Part shown: piece by piece, positions 28,140 to 35,550 of the stretch | How the letters are laid out: each line of letters begins with the position of its first letter | Numbering within the stretch: the stretch's first letter is position 1 | Assembly (NCBI GenBank): GCA_036279355.1 | Contig: DASUJH010000024.1 | Location: 67,375 to 131,374 of the forward strand | Length of the DNA: 64,000 nucleotides | Direction: 5' to 3' | Source: Gemmatimonadales bacterium | GTDB lineage: Bacteria; Gemmatimonadota; Gemmatimonadetes; Gemmatimonadales; GWC2-71-9 | Notes under the pieces: generated by a model | Database searches by the model: none | What the model saw: only the letters and a program-made list of their open reading frames with translations | Told to the model about the DNA's origin: nothing | Made by a program: the position numbers and the translations under genes

Positions 28140-28690
28140 CCGCAGCCGTTCAACGTGACGAGTACGTGGGCATAGTCCGCCCAGAGCTCGCCCGTATTGG
28201 TTTCGAGGATGGCCCGCACCCAAGTGGTGCGCTTCATCTTGATGCGGGTCGACAGGGATACCCGCCCGACCACGGGCGTCAGATAGAAGGCCGCGAGGTC
28301 CGGATCAGGGTTGTGATCGACAATCAGGTGCACGCCCTTTACATACCGCTCGGGCATCATCGGGATGTCGCTTTCGATGATCACCGGCACTACGCGTCCG
28401 TCCTCGGCCACCGCCGGCATGTCGAGCTGCACATGCGCCCGGGTGATCGGCCGGTTGCCAAAGCGTTCCCGGAAGATGCGGGCGACTTCGTCGTTGGGAA
28501 TTTCAGGCGTACCGGGGCCCAGCGGCGCACGCGCGGCCGCAAAGAGCCGGCCGGGATCCGTCAGCGCATTCGAGCCGGCGATCGCAAGCGCCCCGAGCAC
28601 GGCGCGCTGGAGGAACGCACGGCGCGGCAGAGGGGTTGGCGCCGGCCCAAATGGATCATGGTCCGGCGGCGGAGTGGTGCTCGCCGACAT
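28136..28690 (-). CDS. soxY: Thiosulfate-oxidation carrier protein SoxY
   Basis: ORF 28136..28867 trimmed to ATG 28690. Tat-type signal PRRAFLQRAVLGALAIAG. C-terminal swinging-arm cysteine ..VTLNGCG. Confidence 0.85.
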   Translation of the reverse strand: MSASTTPPPDHDPFGPAPTPLPRRAFLQRAVLGALAIAGSNALTDPGRLFAAARAPLGPGTPEIPNDEVARIFRERFGNRPITRAHVQLDMPAVAEDGRVVPVIIESDIPMMPERYVKGVHLIVDHNPDPDLAAFYLTPVVGRVSLSTRIKMKRTTWVRAILETNTGELWADYAHVLVTLNGCG

Positions 28691-28709
28691 GGTTGTATAC
28701 TCCACGCTT

Positions 28710-28719
28710 CCCCATGGGG
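28710..28719. promoter_or_regulatory. Perfect 10-bp palindrome CCCCATGGGG in the 39-bp soxY/arsR divergent spacer, candidate operator
   Basis: Counted between soxY ATG 28690 and arsR ATG 28730. It abuts a minus-strand TTGACA (28720-28725). Confidence 0.4.
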
Positions 28720-28729
28720 TGTCAAGCTG

Positions 28730-29077
28730 ATGGCCCGGCGTCTCTTGAGCCAGGAATACATCACCACCGCCGCGCGTCTGCTCGGGATATTGAGTCACGA
28801 AACCCGGCTCAATCTGGTGCTCGCCCTGGCCCAGGGCGAAGCCAGCGTCACCGAGCTTTGCGAGCACCTCTCGCTCTCACAGAGCAACGCCAGCCACCAC
28901 CTATCGATCCTCCGGAATACGGGCCTCGTGTGCGATGCGCGCGATGGCCAGTTCGTGATCTATCGCCTGAACCTCGACGCATGGCGCGCCCTCGGGGATG
29001 GGTTCTTCGACCAACTGCTCGGCGGTCTCGACGGCGTCAGGCTGCAGCACTTTAGCATCCGTAGAATCTCGGAATGA
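28730..29077 (+). CDS. ArsR/SmtB-family transcriptional regulator (SoxR/BigR-like by context)
   Basis: In frame within ORF 28166..29077, starting at ATG 28730. HTH LGILSHETRLNLVLALAQGEASVTELCEHLSLSQSNASHHLSILRNTGLV. Confidence 0.9.
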   Translation: MARRLLSQEYITTAARLLGILSHETRLNLVLALAQGEASVTELCEHLSLSQSNASHHLSILRNTGLVCDARDGQFVIYRLNLDAWRALGDGFFDQLLGGLDGVRLQHFSIRRISE

Positions 29078-29245
29078 CGATCAACGACCCGGCCCGACAC
29101 TTGCCACCTTTTGCACCGGCTTGCCTGCCGCGGCCCCCGAACCCCTTGGCCGAGCGCTTGTGGCAGTTCCTATCGCATGGTAGCTTAACTCGTTCAGCCA
29201 CAAAGTATTCTGGGGCTCCGTCACCCCGATTCGAGCCGAGGCACC

Positions 29246-30451
29246 GTGGATACACAGACGCTCCAGCAGGTCGCGCTCTTTGAGAAGTGTCGAAACTTCA
29301 CCAAGGCGAGGGAGGTCCAGGCGGCCGGCCTGTACCCCTACTTCAAGCCGATTTCCGAGTCCGAGGACACGGTTGTCGTCATTGAGGGTCAGAAGCGCAT
29401 CATGCTGGGCTCCAATAACTACCTCGGGCTGACTCACCATCCCCAGGTATTGGAGGCTGCGCAGCGTGCCCTTTCTCGCTACGGCTCGGGATGCACGGGC
29501 AGCCGCTTTCTGAACGGGACGCTCGATCTGCATGAGCAGCTCGAGGGCGCCCTGGCCGAATTCGTCGGCAAGGAGGCGTGCCTCGTCTTCTCCACCGGCT
29601 ACCAAGCCAATCTGGGCCTCATCTCGGGGCTCGTGGGACGCGGCGACGTGGTCTATCTCGACAAGCTGGACCACGCCTCGATCGTGGATGGCGCCAAGCT
29701 CTCCTACGGCGAGACTGAGCGCTTCAACCATGGCGATCTGGCCGCGCTAGACCGCCGGCTCGAGCGCGATCGCTCCAATCGCGCGGCAATGATCATCGTG
29801 GACGGCGTCTATTCGATGGAGGGCGACATCGCCGACCTGCCGGGTCTCGTTCCACTCGCCCGGAAGCACGCCGCCGCCCTCGCGGTGGACGACGCGCACT
29901 CGCTCGGCGTGCTCGGGCCCAACGGCGACGGTACCGCGGCCCACTTCGGCATGAGCGACGATGTCGACATCATCGCCGGCACATTCTCCAAGTCCCTGGC
30001 GTCGATCGGGGGATTTGTCGCGGCACCGGAGAGCGTCATCCACTATCTGCGCCACCACAGCCGTCCGCTCATGTTCACGGCATCCCTCCCGCCCGCCAAC
30101 ACCGCTGGCGTCCTGGCGGCGCTCGAAGTCCTGCAACGGGAGCCGGAACGGCGCGAGCAGCTCTGGAAGAATACCCGCCGCCTGCACAGCGGCTTCCGCG
30201 CGCTCGGCTTCGACGTGGGCCCCACCGAGACGCCGATCGTCCCGGTGCTGATCGGCCCCATGGAGCGCACGTTCCTCATGTGGCGGCGCCTGTTCGATGC
30301 CGGCGTATTCACGAATCCGGTGGCACCGCCGGCGGTCGCGCCGACCCAGTGCCGGCTTCGTACCAGCCTCATGGCGACGCACACGTTCGATCAGATCGAT
30401 TACGCCCTCGAGACCTTCGGCCGCATCGGACGGGAGCTGGGCGTCATCTGA
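29246..30451 (+). CDS. spt: PLP-dependent alpha-oxoamine synthase, serine palmitoyltransferase-like
   Basis: ORF 29246..30451 (GTG start). Motifs GSGCTGSRFLNGT, DDAHSLG, GTFSKSLASIGGFV and RPLMFTASLPP. From memory these are closest to Sphingomonas SPT. Confidence 0.7.
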   Translation: MDTQTLQQVALFEKCRNFTKAREVQAAGLYPYFKPISESEDTVVVIEGQKRIMLGSNNYLGLTHHPQVLEAAQRALSRYGSGCTGSRFLNGTLDLHEQLEGALAEFVGKEACLVFSTGYQANLGLISGLVGRGDVVYLDKLDHASIVDGAKLSYGETERFNHGDLAALDRRLERDRSNRAAMIIVDGVYSMEGDIADLPGLVPLARKHAAALAVDDAHSLGVLGPNGDGTAAHFGMSDDVDIIAGTFSKSLASIGGFVAAPESVIHYLRHHSRPLMFTASLPPANTAGVLAALEVLQREPERREQLWKNTRRLHSGFRALGFDVGPTETPIVPVLIGPMERTFLMWRRLFDAGVFTNPVAPPAVAPTQCRLRTSLMATHTFDQIDYALETFGRIGRELGVI

Positions 30452-30465
30452 CGCCTGCGGTCCGC

Positions 30466-31578
30466 GTGCGGCCGGCGCGATCCTCTCGAGACGTTCGGCG
30501 GTTCATCGCACTCCCCTACCGACTCCACGCACGGGACCCACTCTGGGTCCCGCCGTTGCGTCGGGACGTGGCAACGCTTCTTTCCCGCACCAAGAATCCC
30601 TTTTTCGAGCACGCCGAGGCGGAGTACTTCCTCGCCGAGCGCGGCGGCGAGGTCGTCGGCCGCATTGCGGCCATCCACAATCGCCTGCATAACGAGACCC
30701 ACGGCGACAGGGTCGGCTTCTTCGGCTTCTTCGAGTCGGTGAACGATCAGGGCGTCGCCGATGCGCTCTTCCCGGCCGCCGGTGATTGGCTGCGGGCGCG
30801 CAGGCTCGACACCATGCGCGGTCCGGCGTCGTTCTCGGTCAACGACGAATGTGGTCTGCTGGTGGAAGGCTTTGACACGCCGCCGACCCTCATGATGCCG
30901 CACAATCCGCAATACTACGTCGATCTCGTCGCCAACGCCGGTTTCGCGAAGGCGAAGGACGTGGTCTGCTTCGAGGGGCAGGATCCGGCGGGTGAAGGCG
31001 GAGCGCGCCTGATCCGCGCGGGCGAGCTTCTCCAGCGCCGCTACGGCGTGACCATACGTCCCCTCAACATGGCCGACTTTGCCGGAGAAGTTGCCCGCAT
31101 CAAGCAGCTCTACAACGCCGGCTGGGAAAAGAACTGGGGATTCGTGCCGCTCACCGACCACGAGATCGACCACCTGGCCGAGCAGTTTCGGCCGGTCGTG
31201 GTACCGGAGCTCGTGCTGTTCGCCGAACGGAACGGCCAGCCGGTCGGATTCGCCATCGGTCTTCCCGACCTCAACGTGGCGTTCCGGCGCAACCGCTCCG
31301 GCGCGTTTGTTCCCGGTCTCGTGCGAGTGCTCTGGATGCTCAAGACACGCCGCATCGGGCGACTCCGCGTCCTGCTCCTCGGCACCGTGCCCGAATTTCG
31401 CGGCAAGGGGCTCGACTCGGCACTCTACCTCGCCATCTGGAAGCATGGCAACGCCAAGGGTATTCACTGGGGCGAGGCGGGGTGGATCCTCGAGGACAAC
31501 GCCCCGATGATCGCGGGCATGGTCAAAATGGGTTGGCGGGTCTACAAGACGTATCGGTTCTACGATCGACCGCTATGA
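30466..31578 (+). CDS. GNAT-like N-acyltransferase (candidate bacterial ceramide synthase)
   Basis: In frame within ORF 30280..31578. The start is GTG 30466 or CTG 30448 (CTGA overlap with the spt stop). FFEHAEAEYFLAERGGEVVGRIAAI.. pattern. Confidence 0.6.
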   Translation: MRPARSSRDVRRFIALPYRLHARDPLWVPPLRRDVATLLSRTKNPFFEHAEAEYFLAERGGEVVGRIAAIHNRLHNETHGDRVGFFGFFESVNDQGVADALFPAAGDWLRARRLDTMRGPASFSVNDECGLLVEGFDTPPTLMMPHNPQYYVDLVANAGFAKAKDVVCFEGQDPAGEGGARLIRAGELLQRRYGVTIRPLNMADFAGEVARIKQLYNAGWEKNWGFVPLTDHEIDHLAEQFRPVVVPELVLFAERNGQPVGFAIGLPDLNVAFRRNRSGAFVPGLVRVLWMLKTRRIGRLRVLLLGTVPEFRGKGLDSALYLAIWKHGNAKGIHWGEAGWILEDNAPMIAGMVKMGWRVYKTYRFYDRPL

Positions 31579-32537
31579 AGGCGCTGGTCACGGGCGCGAC
31601 CGGGTTCGTGGGGAGCCACCTGGTCGAGGCGCTCCGCGCGCGCGGCGCCGATGTGACGCTGCTGGTGCGCTCGCCGGCGAAGGCCGGCCCACTCGCGACG
31701 CTTGGCGTTGAGATCGTAGCCGGCGGTCTCGAGGATGGGACGGCCCTCCGACAGGCGGCCGAGGGTCAGGACGTGATCTTCCATGCCGCGGGGGTCGTGG
31801 CGGCCCGGAGCGAGGCGGAATTCCAGCGGGTGAACCGCGACGGCACGGCAGCGGTCGTCGCAGCCGCAGCGGCAGGGAGCGTGGGCCGACTCGTTTTGGT
31901 CTCTTCACTCGCGGCAGCCGGTCCGGCCGAGCGAGGCCATCCGCTGACCGGCGAGGAGCCGCCGCGACCGGTGACCGCCTACGGGCGCAGCAAGCTGGCT
32001 GGCGAGGCCGTGGTGCGGGAGGGTCGGGTGCCCTGGACCATCGTGCGGCCGCCGATGGTGTACGGCCCGCGCGACCGTGAAGTCCTGAAGCTCTTCCGGC
32101 TCGCCCGGATCGGAATAGCGCCGGTCTTCGGCGGAGGCGAGCAGGAGTTGAGCGCGGTGCATGCCGCCGACCTCGGCGCGGCGCTCGTGGCGGCCTCGAC
32201 GGCGCCGGCTGAGCGACTCTATCATGTGTGCCATCCGGAGACCTTCACCAGCGGTGATTTCGTGAAGTCGGTCGGCGCCACCATGGGGCGGCGAGTCCGA
32301 GTCATCGCGCTGCCGCAGCTCGTCGGCCGCGCGCTCCTCGGCGTCACCGGCACCGCGGCACGCATCGCGGGGCAGGCGACGATCCTTACCGCCGATAAGG
32401 CCAATGAATTCTTTCAGGCCGCCTGGACCGCCGACCCCGGGCCCCTCACACGCGACACCGGCTGGCGTGCCCGATATGAGCTGGCCTCCGGCCTCGCAGA
32501 CACGTATCGCTGGTATTGCGCGGCCGGATGGCTGTGA
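31575..32537 (+). CDS. NAD-dependent epimerase/dehydratase-family SDR (candidate CerR-like reductase)
   Basis: ORF 31482..32537 trimmed to ATG 31575 (ATGA overlap). MKALVTGATGFVGSHL Rossmann motif and a YGRSK catalytic pair. Confidence 0.85.
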   Translation: MKALVTGATGFVGSHLVEALRARGADVTLLVRSPAKAGPLATLGVEIVAGGLEDGTALRQAAEGQDVIFHAAGVVAARSEAEFQRVNRDGTAAVVAAAAAGSVGRLVLVSSLAAAGPAERGHPLTGEEPPRPVTAYGRSKLAGEAVVREGRVPWTIVRPPMVYGPRDREVLKLFRLARIGIAPVFGGGEQELSAVHAADLGAALVAASTAPAERLYHVCHPETFTSGDFVKSVGATMGRRVRVIALPQLVGRALLGVTGTAARIAGQATILTADKANEFFQAAWTADPGPLTRDTGWRARYELASGLADTYRWYCAAGWL

Positions 32538-33406
32538 TCGCGGACGGCGCGGAGACGGCCCGTGACGTGGCGGCGCGAGCGCACCGGCTCCGGCCGGTCG
32601 ACGCCGTGGTGCTCGGCTATGCGGCGGCGACGTCGCTCGTTGCGCTTCTCCGGATCGGCGTGCTCCCCCGCTGCGGATGGGTGCTGCTCCTCAACGTCCT
32701 CATGGCGCTGCTCGTTCTTCTCCTCACGCGGCGGACGCTCGGTCCCTTCGGTGGCGTCGTACGCGAAATCTATCCGCTGTTGCTGCTGCCATTGCTCTAC
32801 AGCGCGCTGGGTGTCCTGAACGGCGGGGGTCGCCTGCCAGTGCACGACCTCCTCGTGCAGCGCTGGGAGGCAGCGCTCTTCGGTGGCCAGCCGAGCCGCG
32901 ACTGGTGGCGCGCCGACCCGAGCCGGCTCTGGTCGACGGTGCTCCACGCCGCGTATTTCAGCTACTACTTCATCATTGCGATACCGGCGGGCCTGCTCCT
33001 CGCATGGCGCGACCGCCCGGGACTCAGGCGATTCGTGCTCGCGGTCGTGGCGACGTTCGTGTTCTGCTTTCTCTGCTTCGTGCTCTTCCCGGTGGCGGGA
33101 CCGTACTACGCGTTTCCACGCCCGGATGCGGCGTTCCTCGACAACCCCGCGGCGCGGCTCGTGTACGCCACGCTCGCACGCGGCAGCTCGTACGGCGCGG
33201 CGTTTCCGTCGTCGCACGTGGCGGCGAGCGTCGCGGCCACGTTTTCCGCGTGGGCTGCGTCGCGCCGGCTCGGCGTCCTGGTCGCCGTGCCGGCCGCGCT
33301 GCTCACGGTGGGAGTGGTGTACTGCCAGATGCACTATGTGGTCGACGCGCTCGCCGGGCTCGCGGTCGGGAGCGGGTTCGGACTTGCGGTCGCGCGGCGG
33401 ACCTGA
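32528..33406 (+). CDS. PAP2-superfamily membrane protein lacking the C1 motif (Aur1/SMS-like transferase type)
   Basis: ORF 32516..33406. ATG 32528. Motifs FPSSHVA and MHYVVDALAGLAVG. The protein contains no lysine. Confidence 0.8.
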   Translation: MAVIADGAETARDVAARAHRLRPVDAVVLGYAAATSLVALLRIGVLPRCGWVLLLNVLMALLVLLLTRRTLGPFGGVVREIYPLLLLPLLYSALGVLNGGGRLPVHDLLVQRWEAALFGGQPSRDWWRADPSRLWSTVLHAAYFSYYFIIAIPAGLLLAWRDRPGLRRFVLAVVATFVFCFLCFVLFPVAGPYYAFPRPDAAFLDNPAARLVYATLARGSSYGAAFPSSHVAASVAATFSAWAASRRLGVLVAVPAALLTVGVVYCQMHYVVDALAGLAVGSGFGLAVARRT

Positions 33407-33479
33407 TCCGCGGCTGCGCGGAACCGGACGAGGGGGCCCGGCGCCGGGCCCCTCGCGCAGTTCCGATGCTGGCGCGCGG

Positions 33480-33983
33480 CTATTGGACGGTCAGCACGCC
33501 GACCATGCCGAGCGCGTGGTGCGGCCCGCAGAAGAAATGGTAGGTGCCGGTGGGTGCGTCCTTGAGCGACAGCTGGAACGACTCACCCTCGGTCTTGAGC
33601 GACTCGTTCACGAGGCTGCCCCCCGCCTCGAGCGGCGCCACGGCGAGCGCCTTGATCTGCGGCGGCACGTTGGCGGGGATGCTGTCAGGATAGAACTGTA
33701 CGTTGTGTGCGCCGCCGCTCACGCTATGAAACGTGATCACGTCGCCCGGCTTGGCCGTGAGCGTGTTGGGGACGTACTTGTATGTGGTCCCCTCCAGCAC
33801 CATGTTCACGTCGTGGTTCGCGCCTCCGGGCGCCGGGGCGTCCGAGCCGGCGGCCGCCGGCGCCGGCGCGGCGGGCTGGTCAGCGGGGGGAGTTGTGGTA
33901 GTCGACTGATTGGCGGCCTGCTTCTCGCCGCCACATGCCGCGACCACGAAGGCGAGCCCCACCGCGAAGGACGAAATGCGCAT
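33480..33983 (-). CDS. Type-1 copper protein (plastocyanin/auracyanin-like cupredoxin), lipoprotein
   Basis: ORF 33480..34427 trimmed to ATG 33983, which follows GGAGG. Lipobox VVAACGG, a Pro/Ala linker, and Cu ligands AHNVQF..FFCGPHHALGM (C-x2-H-x4-M). Confidence 0.85.
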   Translation of the reverse strand: MRISSFAVGLAFVVAACGGEKQAANQSTTTTPPADQPAAPAPAAAGSDAPAPGGANHDVNMVLEGTTYKYVPNTLTAKPGDVITFHSVSGGAHNVQFYPDSIPANVPPQIKALAVAPLEAGGSLVNESLKTEGESFQLSLKDAPTGTYHFFCGPHHALGMVGVLTVQ

Positions 33984-34058
33984 CACTCTTGAGCCTCCGA
34001 ATTGTTGAACGTTGGACGCACCACCTGAGCGAGGGTCGGACGCCGGCCCGAACATGGT

Positions 34059-34074
34059 TGTGAAGAATTTCACA
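34059..34074. promoter_or_regulatory. Perfect CRP-type palindrome TGTGA-agaatt-TCACA
   Basis: Counted between the cupredoxin ATG 33983 and the GTG at 34092. It lies in the 108-bp divergent spacer. Confidence 0.45.
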
Positions 34075-34091
34075 AGATTGTTTGGGCAGCC

Positions 34092-34922
34092 GTGAATTTG
34101 GCATCGCCCCGATCTCCCCGCAAGGTTGTTGCGCTTGGGGCGCCTCCCTGCCGTGCGCTCGGGAGCCAGTGCCGGCGGCTCAAGGTCACGCTCCGCATCG
34201 GCTCGCTGGAGGAAGGACGGACGTCGCTCGACCACGAGGCGACCTGGCTGCTCGGCCACACGGCGCAGATCGCCTTCGGCGACATCTGGGAGGGGGGCGG
34301 CGACCTGTACGTCGAGGCGGTTCTGCACGTGCCCTGCCGCCACCTGCAGCTCCGCAGCGAAGGAGCGACGTGCCTGGCGCACGGCTATGCAAGCGCGCCC
34401 CATCGGGCAGGGCGGATCGCCGCGCAACCACGCCGCCTGGGAGGCGACCGATTCCGTGTGGTGGACGGCATGCGGCTCGTAGCGCGCGAGCTGCGACGCC
34501 CCGCAGCTCCACCGCCGCCGGCCACGCCCCGCGCGCTCCCAGTGATCGTCACCGACAATCCGTGTGTGAGCGCGCCCTGCCGGACAGCCGACAACCGCCG
34601 CGGCGCGGCGTGCTGTCGCGACCTCCAGATCGAGATCATGTGCACGCGCAGGCAGAAGGCACTCGAGGCGCTAGTGCGGGCCCGCCGCTCGCCATATATG
34701 TGCAAGGTCACCCGGCCGGGCGATTTCTCGATCGAGGCCGAAGTGATCTCGGCGTGCGGGTATCTTGAAGGCGACGGGATCAGCTGTGCGCTGCACGGCC
34801 GGGAACGGGTCGACGGACGGCCGGCCAAACCGGATCTCTGCAGCGACTGGCCGCCCAGAAACAAGGGCGTGCACCCCGGCTGCGTGTTCCGGCCGGTGCG
34901 CCGCCGGACACAGAGGGAATGA
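34092..34922 (+). CDS. Cysteine-cluster protein, YkgJ/UPF0153-like
   Basis: ORF 34092..34922 (GTG start). Strong G/C at third codon positions. ACGYLEGDGISCALHG..RPAKPDLCSDWPP resembles the CxFL..C..RPxxCxxFP pattern. The start is uncertain. Confidence 0.5.
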   Translation: MNLASPRSPRKVVALGAPPCRALGSQCRRLKVTLRIGSLEEGRTSLDHEATWLLGHTAQIAFGDIWEGGGDLYVEAVLHVPCRHLQLRSEGATCLAHGYASAPHRAGRIAAQPRRLGGDRFRVVDGMRLVARELRRPAAPPPPATPRALPVIVTDNPCVSAPCRTADNRRGAACCRDLQIEIMCTRRQKALEALVRARRSPYMCKVTRPGDFSIEAEVISACGYLEGDGISCALHGRERVDGRPAKPDLCSDWPPRNKGVHPGCVFRPVRRRTQRE

Positions 34923-34991
34923 TGCCCGAACCGCGGTGTGCAACCCCGTACAGGCCCGGCGTCCACATGGCAGTGCCCGCCAGGCGCCCGC

Positions 34992-35017
34992 GGAACTCCC
35001 CGCAGCGCGCCATCCGA
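34992..35017 (+). promoter_or_regulatory. ECF-type promoter candidate GGAACT-N15-TCCGA upstream of the ECF sigma gene
   Basis: Counted between the stop at 34922 and GTG 35038. Resembles the GGAAC..TC(t/c)GA autoregulated ECF promoter; the spacing is slightly short. Confidence 0.3.
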
Positions 35018-35037
35018 GCCAGCGGCCGTGAGGATAC

Positions 35038-35550
35038 GTGAGCGACGAGTTCGAAGCGCTATACGAATCCACCTACACGGCGGTGGTCCGGTTTCTCTAC
35101 CGGAAGGTCTGGGACGCCGAGCGGGCAGAGGATCTGGCCCAGGAGGTGTTCGTGCGCATGCTGACGCACCGGCCCGAAAAGCCGAGGGCGTGGCTCTTCG
35201 CGGTGGCCGCAAACCTCGCACGGGACGAGGCGCGAGCGGCGGTCCGCCGCCGGCGTCACCTCACGCTGCTCAAGAGCGATCCCGTGGCGATGCCGTCGCG
35301 CGCGCCGTCGGCCGATGAGCAGATGGAGCGCGACGAGGAGCTGATGCTGGTGCACGATGCGCTCGAGGTGCTCACGCCGCGAGATCGCGAGATCCTGCTG
35401 CTATGGGACGCGGGGCTCAGCTACCCCGAAATCGCCGACCAGACCGGCCTCGCACTCGGCGCGGTCGGCACCACGCTGGCCCGCGCACGGAAGCGGTTGG
35501 TGGCCGCGCACGGCCGACAGGGAGCAGGTGGGCATGTTGCACATTCCTGA
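35038..35550 (+). CDS. ECF (group 4) RNA polymerase sigma factor
   Basis: ORF 35038..35550 (GTG start). Region 2 DLAQEVFVRM and region 4 LSYPEIADQTGLALGAVGTTLARARKRL. Confidence 0.9.
   Translation: MSDEFEALYESTYTAVVRFLYRKVWDAERAEDLAQEVFVRMLTHRPEKPRAWLFAVAANLARDEARAAVRRRRHLTLLKSDPVAMPSRAPSADEQMERDEELMLVHDALEVLTPRDREILLLWDAGLSYPEIADQTGLALGAVGTTLARARKRLVAAHGRQGAGGHVAHS

Noticed and set aside
29161-29177. A sigma54-like element TGGCAG-N6-TCGCA upstream of spt
   Set aside because: The GG and GC dinucleotides are 11 rather than 10 nt apart and the -12 element is TCGCA, not TTGCA. The nearby 7-bp inverted repeat TTGTGGC/GCCACAA (29158-64 / 29197-203) is too short to be significant on its own.
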